Made by a program: the position numbers and the translations under genes | The notes under the pieces: generated by a model | What the model saw: the letters and a program-made list of their open reading frames with translations, nothing else | The model's database searches: none | What the model was told of the DNA's origin: nothing | In this document: in pieces, positions 10,850 to 22,462 of the stretch | How the letters are laid out: every line of letters begins with the position of its first letter | Numbering within the stretch: position 1 is the first letter of the stretch | DNA from: Isurus oxyrinchus | Lineage: Eukaryota | Length of the DNA stretch: 64,000 bases | Direction of reading: 5' to 3' | Assembly: GCA_026770705.1 (NCBI GenBank) | Contig: JANJGN010000010.1 | Span: 121,024,001-121,088,000, forward strand

Positions 10850-11040
10850 TACTGTTACAGAGGCCAGATGGGTAGGTTTCCTGTCCCTGACAATATTAGT
10901 GAACCAGTTTTAACAATCTGACAGCTTTGATGATCACTTTCTGCTGTTAGCCCACAAATTACCAGACTTGCTGACCTCGATTTTACAACTTGCAATGGTG
11001 GAATTTGAACTCTCAACCTCTGGACTGCTAGTCTAATGCT
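10850..11040 (-). mobile_element. Degraded copy of tRNA-derived SINE
   Basis: ggtaggtttcctgtccctgacaatattagtgaacc and ggtggaatttgaactc are reverse complements of the body and B box of the 9797 family. Confidence 0.55.
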
Positions 11041-11054
11041 TTTCTGACCGACCA

Positions 11055-11400
11055 CCCGCCTTCACCCTCATCCAAAACTCTGCTGCCCATATCCTAACTT
11101 GCACCAAGTCTGGTTCACCCATCATGCTTATACTCACTGACCTGCACTGACTCCCAATCCAACAATGCCTCAATTTTTAAATTTTCATCCTTGTTTTCAA
11201 ATTCCTCTATGGCCTCACACCTCCCTATCTATAACTTCCTACAGAAGGTCTCTGCACTCCACCAATTATGGCCTCTTGCGCATCCCCAATTTAATCATTG
11301 GCAGCCATCTTTCAGCTGCCTAGTCCCTAAATTCTGGAATTTCCCCCTTAAACCTCTCCATCTGTCTCTGCTACTTTAAAACGCTCCTTAAAACCCAATT
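11055..11400 (+). mobile_element. L2 LINE 3' fragment
   Basis: ctcatccaaaactctgctgccc...cccatcatgc...ctgacctgcactgactcc...ctggaat (LIQNSAA...HxTP.L..LHWLP...WN motifs typical of the L2 ORF2 C-terminus). Confidence 0.7.
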
Positions 11401-11499
11401 ATGGAATCAAGGCAAGGAGATGTTGTTAAGGTCATGGTCAACCATGATCTAATTGAATTATGGAACTGACCTGAGGTACTAAATGGCCTTCTCCTGTTC

Positions 11500-12600
11500 C
11501 CATTGTTATTCTGGTGGAAGTGGACGACTTTTGTCACAAAGAGTATATGGAAGCATAAGTTTAGATCAGGGATGAGCAAGATGCCAGGGTTGCCTGCAGA
11601 TAATCTCATGCAGCTGCGTTAAGATAGAGAAGAGGAGAGAGCCAATGATATATCCTTGGGGGAGTCCAGCAATAAATGTATGGAGGTGGTAAAAGAAAAT
11701 CATTGTTGGAACTAAGACTATGATCGTATGAGTGCAAATAATGAGAACAATCCCACAAAGCTGGACAATGGAGGAGAGTTGTTGAAGGCAGATGGCAGGG
11801 TTGAATATGTCAAAAGAAACAGAGAGGACACAAAATGAAGTGTAAGGTGTTAAAGTCATAATGTCACAGTCACAGAGACTTTTGTTTGTGCTTGCCTGTT
11901 AGGGTTGTTCCTGTACTGTAGGATGGAAAACTAATTGGAAAGATTCAAGTGGGAAGTTTTAGAAGAGATGAGCATGGATTTGGGGACAACAGTTCATTCA
12001 GCAGCTGTTTATAAGGATTTGTGAGGGGTGGGGGAGGTTGATGGAGGGGTGATGGAAGTGCTTTTGACAGGACGAAGCACTGTCAACTACTATGTGAGGC
12101 CGGAAGGGTTGGTTGGTCAGTAATTTAGTGAGAATGGGGTCTAGCGAGAAGAAATATTGGTTGTCTGGACAGGATGAGCTTGGAGAGAACATAGGATAAA
12201 GGAGAAAGTAGAAATAGAAAGGGGTTCAAGGTAAGGCTGAGGTCAAGTAACTTGGAGAGAGCCTTCATTTGACAGGGTAGAGTGGAAAGCAGTAGAAGCA
12301 AGTGACTGGACTCTCTCTCAGTAGCAAAGATATAATGTGCTTTGTGTTGTTAGAGGTGAGGATTGAGGGGGCAAGGGAAAGGGGTTTAAGTAGATAGTTG
12401 TTGGTGAAGTAAAGAAATCAGGGGTTAGCTTACCTCTCCTAGAGTATTGCATGACTTTGGTAGAGCGGATTGCGGCTCAGTGGAGCTTGATGCTGTGCAC
12501 CTCATCTGATGGTGGATTGCTAAGCCAAGTATGCAATAGATATACGCTCAAGTCTGTGCCCACTGGACATAAGGGATTGAAGATGAGAGTGGTGGGGTCT
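11500..12600 (-). mobile_element. Degraded L2 LINE, RT region
   Basis: Minus-strand ORF remnants GLPQGYIIGSLLFSI (GVPQGSxLGPLLF motif) and SLDPILTKLL (LDPIPTxLL motif). Confidence 0.7.
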
Positions 12601-13829
12601 ACACTGTGTGACATAGTATAGCTTTAAAAAATGAGTAAAATGTGGGGAAATACAAATGAAAAGCTTGATCATAATCTGAGAATATTGCTAATGTATGTAT
12701 GCTGAAACACAGAAAGCTGAATGGTAGATGAAAATTTCACACTTTTCTGGTGAGGAATAAATATTCAGAAAATCCACTAACACAGTGAACCCCATTACAC
12801 TGTATGTGTTCCAGTGACCAGGATAACAAATGACAATGGTTCTGACCTTTCCTTCACGTCATTTTCTTTTATTTACCTCCTGTTTGAAGACCACTACTGA
12901 ATAAAAATGATCCCTTTCCATTGATATGACTACTGATGCTTCACATGGAATTCTGCAGATATTGCAGACAAGTTCTCAGCTTGTCCGAACTGACAAAACT
13001 TGATGGACTCAACTGACATTGGCACTGCTGTACTTTGTTTTACCTCGACCAAGTTACTGAAGATCTTGTAAAGAAACATCAAAGTAGAATATGTGGTCAT
13101 TGTTTGGGCACTCATTGGTTACATTTGATGTTTGAACAACATGATGTGGTCATTAGTGTGATGGGTATTAATGAGAGCCAAGGGGTTGCTGCAACATTCA
13201 TCTTTTACCTTGTACTTCAGATAATATGCTGTCTTCAACCTTGACAACTTCAGGCAAAAGAAAAAGTGAACTAGGTTGCCCTTACTAAAAATTGGTGAGC
13301 AATTAAACCATTTAAATGAAGAGACTCTTTAGCCATTGTGAAAACATGGATATTAATCTTTTAAAGACTGCAATTTAAACATAAGGGTTTTTTTCAGATT
13401 TTGTATTGCAATGCAGTAATATGCATTTAAAACTTGTCATTCCTGGTGTGTATTTTTATTAAGTTAATTGCACACAATTATTTTTTTTAAGTGTAGGCTA
13501 ATGCAGTCTGCTGACAATCACATTGAATAAATTGTTTCTTAAACAGTTATCTACAATGTTGTTGCAGTGCACCAGAAATGAATTGGTACACTGTATTTAA
13601 AATGGATTTCTAAATGGTCTGGTTTTCACCATCCTATCTAAGTAGATTTACCCCCACACATGTTGTCATGATTTTATCAAGATTTAGTTTGAGAAAATGT
13701 TTTTATTATCCCAAACTATTAATGTAAACTTACAAAGATGCAACAGTGGATTCTTTTTTATGTCTGGAATTCAAGTTTAATTCCAGTCTAGACTGATTGA
13801 AAATTTCCCCCATTGGCTGCTGGGGACTT

Positions 13830-14290
13830 ACATATGATATGAATTTGGGAAGTTACAGAGCAGTGACTTGAATTTGGCAACAAATTGGCCACCTTGTTCA
13901 GAGACGCCACAGGATGGCTGATGTGGCCAATTTTTACAATGTGAAAGTGCTGCAGTAATGTCTTCTGACATTAGAGCCGTATAGTGGTGAAGTTCCTCTT
14001 CCCATAGGAAGGCGTGCCAAGAGACCGCCAACAAAGCTGCCAAGATATCTAAATGCTATTTCTTCAGACCATGAAACAACTACCTGACAATGACCATGGG
14101 AACTAGCCTTCTTGGGGTTTGAGTCGGCACAGATGGAAAGTTGCAGCCATTTGCTGGGAGTACACCTACAGTTACCATGCAGCATAAGAATGGCACATGC
14201 AAAAGCAATAACATTTAACTGTATCCTGATTCTTGGCTTCACCTTTTTGCTGACATGCTCCATTGTTGCCATAAGGAGATGACACCACAG
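13830..14290 (-). pseudogene. Highly degraded retroviral-type (Gypsy/Ginger-like) integrase fragment
   Basis: Minus-strand remnants SEDITAAL...P...VSEQGGQFVAKF resemble the rve core SDxGxqF motif; frameshifted; no LTR link seen. Confidence 0.4.
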
Positions 14291-14469
14291 AGTGGCAGAG
14301 GGACAATATTTATAAGTAAGCTTGTGCAGTCATGTTTCATCTTCTAATTTAACAGTCTATAAGGTTAGTTGGCGGAAGCAGGTCCTTCAGGCCGACAATG
14401 TTCACCCACAAGTTGAACCAGACACCAGCTGAAAGTTACATATTCTGAAGGGTATTACAAAGTTTAAGA

Positions 14470-14863
14470 AATAAATATCTAGCATCTTTCATGGCCACCA
14501 GATGTCTAGAAGTTCTTTACAGCCAATGAAGTACTGTTGCAATGTAGCTAACACAGCAGCCAATTTGCACACAGCAAATTCCCACAAACATCAATATGAT
14601 GACCAGTAATCTGTTTTTGTCTTGTTAATTGAGGTTCAAATATTGGCTAGGACACCAGGAATATCCCTTCTTCTTCAAAGCAGTACCATGGGGCCTCTAC
14701 CTGAGAGGGGATGAAAGGCAGCACCTCTAACAGAGTAGCACAGCCTCAGTACTGTACTGGAGCATCAGCCTTGGTTTTTGTGCTCAAGTCCTGGAGTGGG
14801 ACTTGATCCCACAACCTTCTGACTCAGAGACGAGAGTGCTACCAACAGAGCCACAGCTGACAC
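14470..14863 (-). mobile_element. Deu-domain SINE (SacSINE1-like)
   Basis: Reverse complement begins gtgtcagctgtggctc...ggtagcactctcgtctctgagtcagaaggttgtgggatcaagtcccactccag, followed by a Deu core and an L2-like tail. Confidence 0.8.
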
Positions 14864-15349
14864 ACTTTTAAGAAGCATATTTAAAGAAGGAACATTGGGT
14901 ATGTCATAGATCATGGGGTAAATAAGGCATGAATAACCTTGAGCTGGAGGCTCAAGATAGTTAAACTGTTGCTGGATGAAGGCCCACCATTTTCATCGGC
15001 TCTTTGCATCGATTTATGATCCCAAACTCAGGTTTAATTTTGAAAGAGAAGATTCTTTGGGAGGAAGGGCGGACCAACCGCTTGTCATCTTGATCTGGAT
15101 CATGTAATTTTGACCCATCACGCCTGTCACTAAACATTAAGTAATTTCAATGGCATTTGTGCACAGATAGCTAGTGCAGTTGAAGTATCTCCGAGGAGTT
15201 CTTTGGCTTTGATTTTGAGGAATTGCCACAAATTCCATTGAAATAGGAAGAGTTCAGAACACAAGCTGCACCCCAGTGGCCTCTGCTCATGGAGATGGGT
15301 GGGTGCCTTCAGGATTCAAAATTCCTTTGGGATCAATTAAATGTGGGTT

Positions 15350-15510
15350 AAAATCTAGGAACTCCCTCTCTAACAGCACTGTGGGTGTACCTATACCACA
15401 GGGACTGCAGCAGTTCAAGAAGGCAGCTCACCACCATCTTCTGGGCCAATTAGGGATGGGCAATAAATGGGCCAGCGATGCCCACATCCCGTAAATGAAT
15501 TTTTAAAAAG
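15350..15510 (+). mobile_element. LINE (CR1/L2-group) extreme 3' end
   Basis: ORF remnant NSLSNSTVGVPIPQGLQQFKKAAHHHLL followed by the tail GGGATGGGCAATAAATGGGCCAGCGATGCCCACATCCCGTAAATGAAT. Confidence 0.7.
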
Positions 15511-15544
15511 TACCACACACAAAGTTAATCAAGAAATTTGACCG

Positions 15545-15862
15545 GAGGTACGGTAGCAGAGTGGTTGCGCTACAAGTCTCACTGATGATCCTGAGAATTG
15601 AGTTCAAGTCCGGCCATGGTAGCTAAGGAATTTAAATTAAATAAATGTGGAATCAAAAAAGTATGAACATCAAGTAATAGTGACCATAAGACAACCAGAT
15701 TTGTTGTAAAAACCCATCTGATTCACCAATGTCCTTTTGGAGAGGGAAGATCTTGCCTATGTGTGACCAAGGACCAACAACAATGTGCCCTCAGAAATGG
15801 TCTAACAAGCCAATCAGTTCTATAGGGATGGCAATAAATGCTGGCCAGCGAATTAATAAAAA
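15545..15862 (+). mobile_element. tRNA-derived SINE (9797 family)
   Basis: A box ggtagcagagtgg, B box gagttcaagtcc, body gtaaaaacccatctgattcac, tail gggatggcaataaatgctggcc. Confidence 0.7.
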
Positions 15863-16784
15863 TAATTTGCATACTGTGAGTGATGAACAAGACAAGTTCA
15901 GTGAAGGTTGCCAGAAAGGAAGATGAAGAGGAAAGTTGTACTTTTTTAAGTGTTGCCTATCTGTCTGTCCACCTGAAATCTATATATGGTGGAGTAAATG
16001 GTGAATTAATACTGCAGCAATGTGCCCAACATTGCAATTGGGAGTATTTCCAATGTGGGCTCATTCTAAAAACACTGCAACTGAAGCTGTTAAACACTGG
16101 AGTGAAGCCAGAGTTGGTGGCATATAAAAGCGGACCTAGTATTCCTCTTAAGTATGCCTTATAAGCCCATGATGATGGCACTGCAGTAGGGTTTAATGCA
16201 CCTGTGCTACTCTGTTATGGTTTAAAAGTGCACTGAGCTATGCCGTAACTGGAGCATACTTGGACCAGCCAGTTATGTGGAGAAATTTCACTTCTTCCAG
16301 CTTGTTACATTTCTCTACATTTCTCTACAGGTGCATAACATAGACCTTAATACCCGGTTGTCAAGTCACATCAACACACCATACTTCCCACTGACTGAAA
16401 ATGTGCAGTCTCTTTAAAAGCTAATTACTGAATAACTCAAGATTGCTGTTTACATGGTGTCACAGATGGATTTACCAAATTAGATGTTTTATTACTGTCT
16501 TGAAAAAAATAGCAACACTCTTTCTGAGTTGATTCTGATTATATTATTTTACACTGTGAATTAGTTGATCTAGCTGGCTGGATTGAACAGGTCCTATTCC
16601 ATAATACTGAAGATTTGCCTTTTGGAAAATATCTATGGTAGGCCAGAAAACCCACTGTAGAAGCCAAGCAACCCCTGGCTTTGCCTCCTAAGTTATCCTT
16701 GCAGTCATCTTGGAGCCAGTCATGTTTATTGGTTGGCTGCAGTTAATGTCCCTCAACAGTTTTTTGTCTTATGTTGAACTGGGT

Positions 16785-17088
16785 GGGCTGAATTTAATGC
16801 CCGCAGCCAATGGCAGGCCAGAAAGTCGAGAACAACCCCACCTTAGCTGTTCCTGGGAGCCTCGGCCTGACCCTGTGCCCATCAGGCAGTTAACTACCTG
16901 ATGTCGGGGCTCCAGCCCCTTTATGAGGCAAGATTCTGGGTCCAATGCTCTTCAGTGCCAGCAGTGTCACTGGATATGGTGGCCACTGTTGGGACTACAC
17001 CTGACCAGGAGCAGGCCCCACAACCTGGATGAGTGCAGTTGAGTTTACCGGGTCAGTCGGGCAGGTCCTAGCAAAGAGGAGCTGGTGC

Positions 17089-17141
<53 letters not shown>

Positions 17142-17546
17142 GGCGTGGTCAGGGCTAATGAATGTTGGTGGGGATGTTTCCCTGAGGGCAGCCCTTGACG
17201 TCAGGAGGAAGCTCTCCCTGGGTTACAGGGTGCCCAATCAGGAAGCCAGTGCCCCAAGCCCACAGGGAGGATGCCAGATTTTACTGGGTCGTCTGCCCAC
17301 ATGGCGGGGCTCCTCATGGTGACAGGAAAAGACCCTTACATGATTGGCCACTTAAGGACCACAATTGGCTCTGGACGGGAAGGCTGTCCTAGACCTTCCC
17401 TGGCCGTGAGTGAATTGGATAGAGTCAGGAAGGCAATAGGACTCCATCTTAACTCCACATTCAAAGGCGCTGCTCTGCCTCAATCCCCCCCAACCCAACC
17501 CCACCACTTCACTATCTATCCCTGTGGGCAGGGTTAAATTCCGCTC
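16785..17546. mobile_element. MITE (Harbinger-type TIRs) containing a (TG)n/G-run microsatellite
   Basis: TIRs GGGCTGAATTTAA and TTAAATTCCGCTC; GC-rich interior. Confidence 0.7.
17090..17143. repeat. (TG)n microsatellite followed by a poly-G run
   Basis: About 17 TG units then about 19 G, directly visible. Confidence 0.95.
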
Positions 17547-17939
17547 GTGGTATTCTGAATACACCATGCAATTCATTATCTGTTTCATTAATTACAAAGC
17601 TCTTGTATCTGGTTTATTCAAAGGAGATTAGATATTTGAAATAAAAACAAAAATACTCAGTTTGAGATTGAATTCACTCTGTTTTCATACTTGCATCCAT
17701 TAGATGTTGATTAGATAGGGAAGTTGTTCCATTCCTAAATTCCCATGCTGGAGAAATGGGAACAGAGATTATGGGATTAGCTATGTGTCCATTATTTCCT
17801 TCTCTGACAGTTCCACATCACCACTTATAAAAAGTTTACTTCACTTTATTTTCATCATGTTAGGGTGTCATGACTGTGGATTAGATTTAAGATGTTCAGG
17901 TCTAAACAGATATGAAGCTGTTTCTGCTTACAGCAGAAT

Positions 17940-18390
17940 TGATTTGGGCCAGGAAGATACAAGGATCCTGGTTGACAGGAGGGAGCTTGGGCTGGAAATT
18001 TGGTTTTATGGGGATTTTGAGTGGCAGGGATCCAGAGTGATGTAATAGGATCCACAGGATGGGTAGGGCCTGGGCCCTTGGCAGCTTAGGCTAATTCAGA
18101 GGAGGGGGCGGAGTAGCTGGTGGATGAGGGTGAATTTCTGTGTGGAGCGTGCAATAGCTGATAAGGGTTTAGGGGTCTGGTGGGATGCAGACTACAAGAG
18201 CAAAGGGTGTAGATGGCATTGGGAGCTCAAATTCATGAAAGGGTAAGCAGCACTTGATGGGATCAGAATCCTGGTGAGTGGAATGACAGGTGGTCTCTCA
18301 GGACAATATCTGGTGAGGAGGATGCACCTGTTGAAACTTGGGTTGGTGGGTGGGGTAAAGAACGCTGTGGCGAGTAGATTATCTACAAGA
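17940..18390 (-). mobile_element. Degraded L2/CR1-group LINE fragment (endonuclease-to-linker region)
   Basis: Purine/G-rich plus strand resembling the other reversed L2 copy; minus-strand remnants such as tcctgg...ccttgta and ttcatgaatttgagctccc. Confidence 0.45.
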
Positions 18391-18841
18391 CTTTCCCATC
18401 TCTGAAAACCGTGTCTTAGTAGCAGCAGTATTTGCTGTTTAAACAAAACATTTCTTTCATATTTCCCTCCTCTGACAGCCCAAAAGTGATCATGCCTTCT
18501 GTGGCACTGGGCATACTTGACTGGTGCCTATACATACCACTCCAACATGCTAAATGCAACATGTGGCTCTGTTGACTCTTTTCCCAATCCCACACCAGGT
18601 CATGTAGCACCTTACACCCAAGGATATAAAGAAAGAAAGAAAAAATGCCAAAGAGGCAATATTAGAAAAGATGAGAGAAAATATGAGTATGGACTGGGAG
18701 AGAGAAAGAGAGATATAACATAAGAGTTATAGTTTTCAACTGGCTTCTGTGTAACTACAATATTCAGATTTTGCCATGACAGTTGGTGTTTCTTGACAGT
18801 TAGACTGGGAAGTTCAATTCCCTGTAGACAAATTGGAGGCA

Positions 18842-19136
18842 TGTGAGAGAGCTATGCATGATAGGAGTAGTAATTTTATCCTTGTTTCTGTGGAACCACA
18901 CTATCCAGAATGCCACAATTGTTAATTGTATACTAATTGAGTTTAATTGTACGCAGGTGGTGGGCATTAACTAGTGATTTGCTTGAATCGCTATAAGTAG
19001 ATATAGACAGGAACTGTGGTTATTGGATTAGGAGGTGCATGCTTGTGTTGTGTAACTCTGTAAATAAATATAAAAATGTGTAAAGATTGGCTCCAGTTCT
19101 ATCATTCACCAACTGGCTTTCTGGAATATGACAACA
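18842..19136 (+). mobile_element. Putative short solo LTR
   Basis: TG...CA-type ends, TATAA at ~18992, AATAAA at ~19063, 3' end ctggaatatgaca; TSD not clean. Confidence 0.4.
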
Positions 19137-19529
19137 ATGATCTGGATCTCTTGGCAACAAGATACAAACTAATGGTCATGAAGGTAGAAAAAATGACAAA
19201 TAAAAGGGATCAGAGAGGATGTCTATGTTGTGCATTGAATCCGACTGTGTGCAATGGGATATTGTGCCCAGAATCACCATTAACAAAACCAAACATTGAG
19301 GGGTGACCTCTAGTTCAGGGGCTTATTGGTGAAATTTTGAGAAATACAATTCACTATGGGAAGAAAGATGAGGAAGAAATACTTTTTATGACACTGCGAT
19401 TATGGCAAAGAGGAAGGAAGGTTTTGAGGGGAAAAAAAAACAAATATAAGGTGTTTGCATCTTAAGCAAATGCTGCAAATTAATCTTGTGAGGTAGATTA
19501 AATAAATAAATATTTGATATTAGAAAGGA

Positions 19530-19890
19530 GTGAACTTACATTAATGTAGCAACTTCTCACATCCTTAGAATTTCCCCAGGTACTTCAGATTCAGTGAAAT
19601 ACTTGGTTGTGCATGCAATGTGGCAGTAATGTATGCAACAGAAAATCTCAGAAACAACAGATGAGGTGAATGACAAATTAATTTGAATTTGACCATGCTG
19701 GTTAAGGACAAATGTTAGCCAGGAAACTAAGAGAACTCCCTGTTCCTCCTAGTAGAGTACCAGGGGATGATTTGTCTCATCAGAAAGATGCACTTTTAAC
19801 AGTGTATCATTCTCTTCGTAATAAACCAAAGTGTTACCTGGGTCCTGGAGTGGGGCATCAGCACACGATACTACCAATGGAACTAAGCCA
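19530..19890 (-). mobile_element. Deu-domain SINE, degraded
   Basis: ttagccaggaaact...gagaactccctgttc, tctcatcagaaagatgcac and ctggagtgggg match the reverse complement of the 46118 family. Confidence 0.6.
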
Positions 19891-20714
19891 ATGCTTAACT
19901 GAAAACCTAGGGGTGTGGGAAGTGGATTCCTGGCAGTTCGTGATAAAAGTTTGACCACTGCGCAGAGAATTGGCCCAGTAAGACTAGCTGGAAGAATTTC
20001 CATGGGAGATCGAATCGTAACTTTTTAAAAATCCTTTATTAATTATTTTAAATCTACACCTTATTATTGGCACTTTCATAACTTAACTATTCAGTGAAAT
20101 TTGCACCATATTTAATATTTTTCTTTATCTGGTGTTTCTAAAGATTCTTGGTAAAGGAGGGAGGGGGGAATTGCTTGTAAATAATTTGTGCTATTTTTAA
20201 ATGTCACCTGGACAGTATAAAATGTTTGTCACTCCCACTTGCCAAAGGTAAATTCCATCAGAAACTTGTATTTTGTCCACCGCATCAGTTTTTACTAATT
20301 TTATTGTCTGAGTCGTATTTAACAACTTAGCACGTATTTTAAAATGTAAGCTTTATCCCCTCACTTGAATCCTTTTGATAATCAAATGATTCCTGTGTGA
20401 ATTTAGGTCACTGCTACATTTTTAATTTAGTACTGTCATAGGATGTTAATATTTTACGGATTCTTTTCTTAATTCAGCCAACCGCACTTCACTTGGGTTA
20501 CGAACTTGTCTCTTCTATCCTCAACAAGCTCCAGCAGATGAAATCTATTTTCTTAAATAAGATGGTTTGATTTGTTTCAGTAGGTCAGACTGTTGGTCTA
20601 AGCTATCTAATTAGTAGAAAAATAGGCATCAAGTCATTTCTTAGCAAATTGCATTATTAATAGGACATCTTAGACTCCACTTTTCAAACATTAATTCCAT
20701 CAACTTCAATAAAC

Positions 20715-21765
20715 TTCAGCCTTATTGGCATAGTAAGTAGTGTAGCTAGAAGCAGAAAGTTATAATGGGACATTGCTAGATTAAGGGAGTGGGCAAAACT
20801 GAGTTCAATGTGGGGAAATATGAGGCCATTCCACTTTGAAGCTAATAGAAGTAAACCAGAGTATTTATTAAAAGGTGAGAAGGTAGGAACTGTAGAGGTA
20901 GCAGAGAGATTTCTGGTCCCATGTACAGAAACCATTAAAACTAGTGGACAAATATAAAAGATAATTAATTCAAAAGCAGAATACTGCTGATGCTAAATAT
21001 CTGAAATAAAAACAGAAAATACTGGAAGCACTCAGCAGTTCAGGCAGCAGCTGTTCTCATGAAGAATCATCGACTTGAAATGTTAACTTGTTTCTCTCCA
21101 CAGATGCTGCCTGACCTACTGAGTGTTTCCAGCATTTTCTCTTTCTACTTTAAAAAATAATTTAAATGGTTAATGGAACATTAGCCTTTACCTCAAGGAG
21201 GCTGGAATATAAAATAATATAAATTATGCTAAAGTATAAAGCTCTGGTTTAGACTGCATCTGGAGTACTACATTCAGTTCTGTCCATCATACCTCAGGAA
21301 ATATATGTTGGGCTCGGAAGAGATGGAGTGCAGATTTGCCAGAATTATGTCAGGGCTAAAAGGGTTAATTCAGGCATTGGCTAGGCTTGTATACCCTTGA
21401 GTGTGGAAGATTGAGGTGATCTAATTGAGTGCTTAAAATGATTGAAGGAGTTGGTAAGACAAAGAGAAACATTTCCCCCAGTGGGGGACTCCAGAACAAA
21501 GAGGTATAACATTATAATTGGAACGAGACCATTCTGTGGTGGTTTCATGAAACATACCTCCACCCAAAGGTTAGTGGTAATCCAGAACTTTCTACCCCAA
21601 AAAGTTGTTGAGTCTCAGTCAGTTGAAAATTTCCAAACAAAAGTTGGTAGATTTTTGTTAGGCAAGGGTGTTAAGGTTACAGTCCCAAGACAGTTGCGTG
21701 AACTGATTGAATTATGGATCAAGCTTGAGGGACTGAATAGTATATTGCTGTTCTTTATTCTGTAT
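20715..21765 (+). mobile_element. CR1 LINE 3' portion, interrupted by a Penelope fold-back
   Basis: Remnants KL..DI.RL.EWA, RLHLEYYIQF (RPHLEYCVQFW), RLRGDLI, TQRLVVIQNFLPQKVVE; CR1-type tail. Confidence 0.8.
20967..21150. mobile_element. Older Penelope pLTR fold-back insertion nested in CR1
   Basis: Imperfect arms ~21014-21054 and ~21100-21140; degenerate hammerhead core ctcatgaagaatc...gacttgaaatgttaac; flanks TAAAAGATAATT (20955-20966) and TAAAAAATAATT (21151-21162). Confidence 0.7.
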
Positions 21766-22119
21766 GATACTGTACATGTATGCTCTTATGCAACAATCTG
21801 AATGTATATTGTTAGCTTTGCTGAATTTATAACTTATTTTGGTCCAAGTAAATGCTATCATTGTTCCTTAACTGTCTAAAGTATTACTTTTCAAACACCT
21901 TGCTAATGTTATTGAAAATCACAGCAGAAATACTCTGCATGAATACATTGACTCACTGTGTCATGTTGGAAAGAGTCAGTGAGTTTCTTTGGTCCCTTTT
22001 GAAGATCGACTTCTTTTACATAGTCACGCAGCAGAGCACAACAGCCTTGGCTCACTAACTCGAAACCAAGCCACTGAATGTCAAGAGCCACAGAGGTCAC
22101 CTGATACTAGTCTGTTAAG

Positions 22120-22350
22120 TCTCAGCACAAGGTAAAGATGCCATCATTACCCAGCTGCCTGTCATATAAATTGGCAATTACAGCGGCAGCAGAGATGTGG
22201 AGATCTGTAAATAGAGTGTTACCTCTCAATCCTGATGAGAGATGTGAGAAGAAAATGAGACCGTACAAGCTTGTTGCAAAACAGCTGACAAGGTTCCCCT
22301 CCGACCCTCCCCCAACGCTGAAACACCACGATGAAAGCACATGAGGGTTG
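22120..22350. promoter_or_regulatory. Candidate conserved non-coding element upstream of exon 4
   Basis: TE-free; E-box CAGCTG (22152, 22282), Meis-type CTGTCA (22159) next to a Hox-like ATAAA; conservation not tested. Confidence 0.4.
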
Positions 22351-22426
22351 CTAATGAACTCATGAGGATAGAATAATGTGGAATATGATCACTAATTTCC
22401 CTTTCTTCTCTTGTATTCTTTTGCAG

Positions 22427-22462
22427 AGTTCTGCTCATTCCAGTTTGGGAACTGGTTATTTT
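22427..22462 (+). CDS. AUTS2: AUTS2 internal 36-nt coding exon (equivalent to human exon 4), phase 0-0
   Basis: Branch-like ACTAAT (22391), long pyrimidine tract, ttgcag acceptor and TTT|gtgagt donor. Translates to SSAHSSLGTGYF versus recalled human AUTS2 SSAPSSLGTGYF; the paralog FBRSL1 has SSAHAVSGRGYS. In frame with the previous exon. Confidence 0.93.

Larger units (their letters stand above)
3753..22426 (+). other. AUTS2: AUTS2 intron 3 (GT-AG, 18,674 nt)
   Basis: Lies between the two identified exons; GT at 3753 and AG at 22425-22426. Confidence 0.85.

Noticed and set aside
12805-12835. AUTS2 exon 5-like sequence (cagtgaccaggataacaaa)
   Set aside because: Lies upstream of exon 4, lacks a proper pyrimidine tract and donor, and matches only briefly.
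3651-22462. FBRSL1 or FBRS as the host gene
   Set aside because: Both peptides are much closer to recalled AUTS2 (LKP..SCRDSDSES, SSLGTGYF) than to FBRSL1 (SSAHAVSGRGYS).
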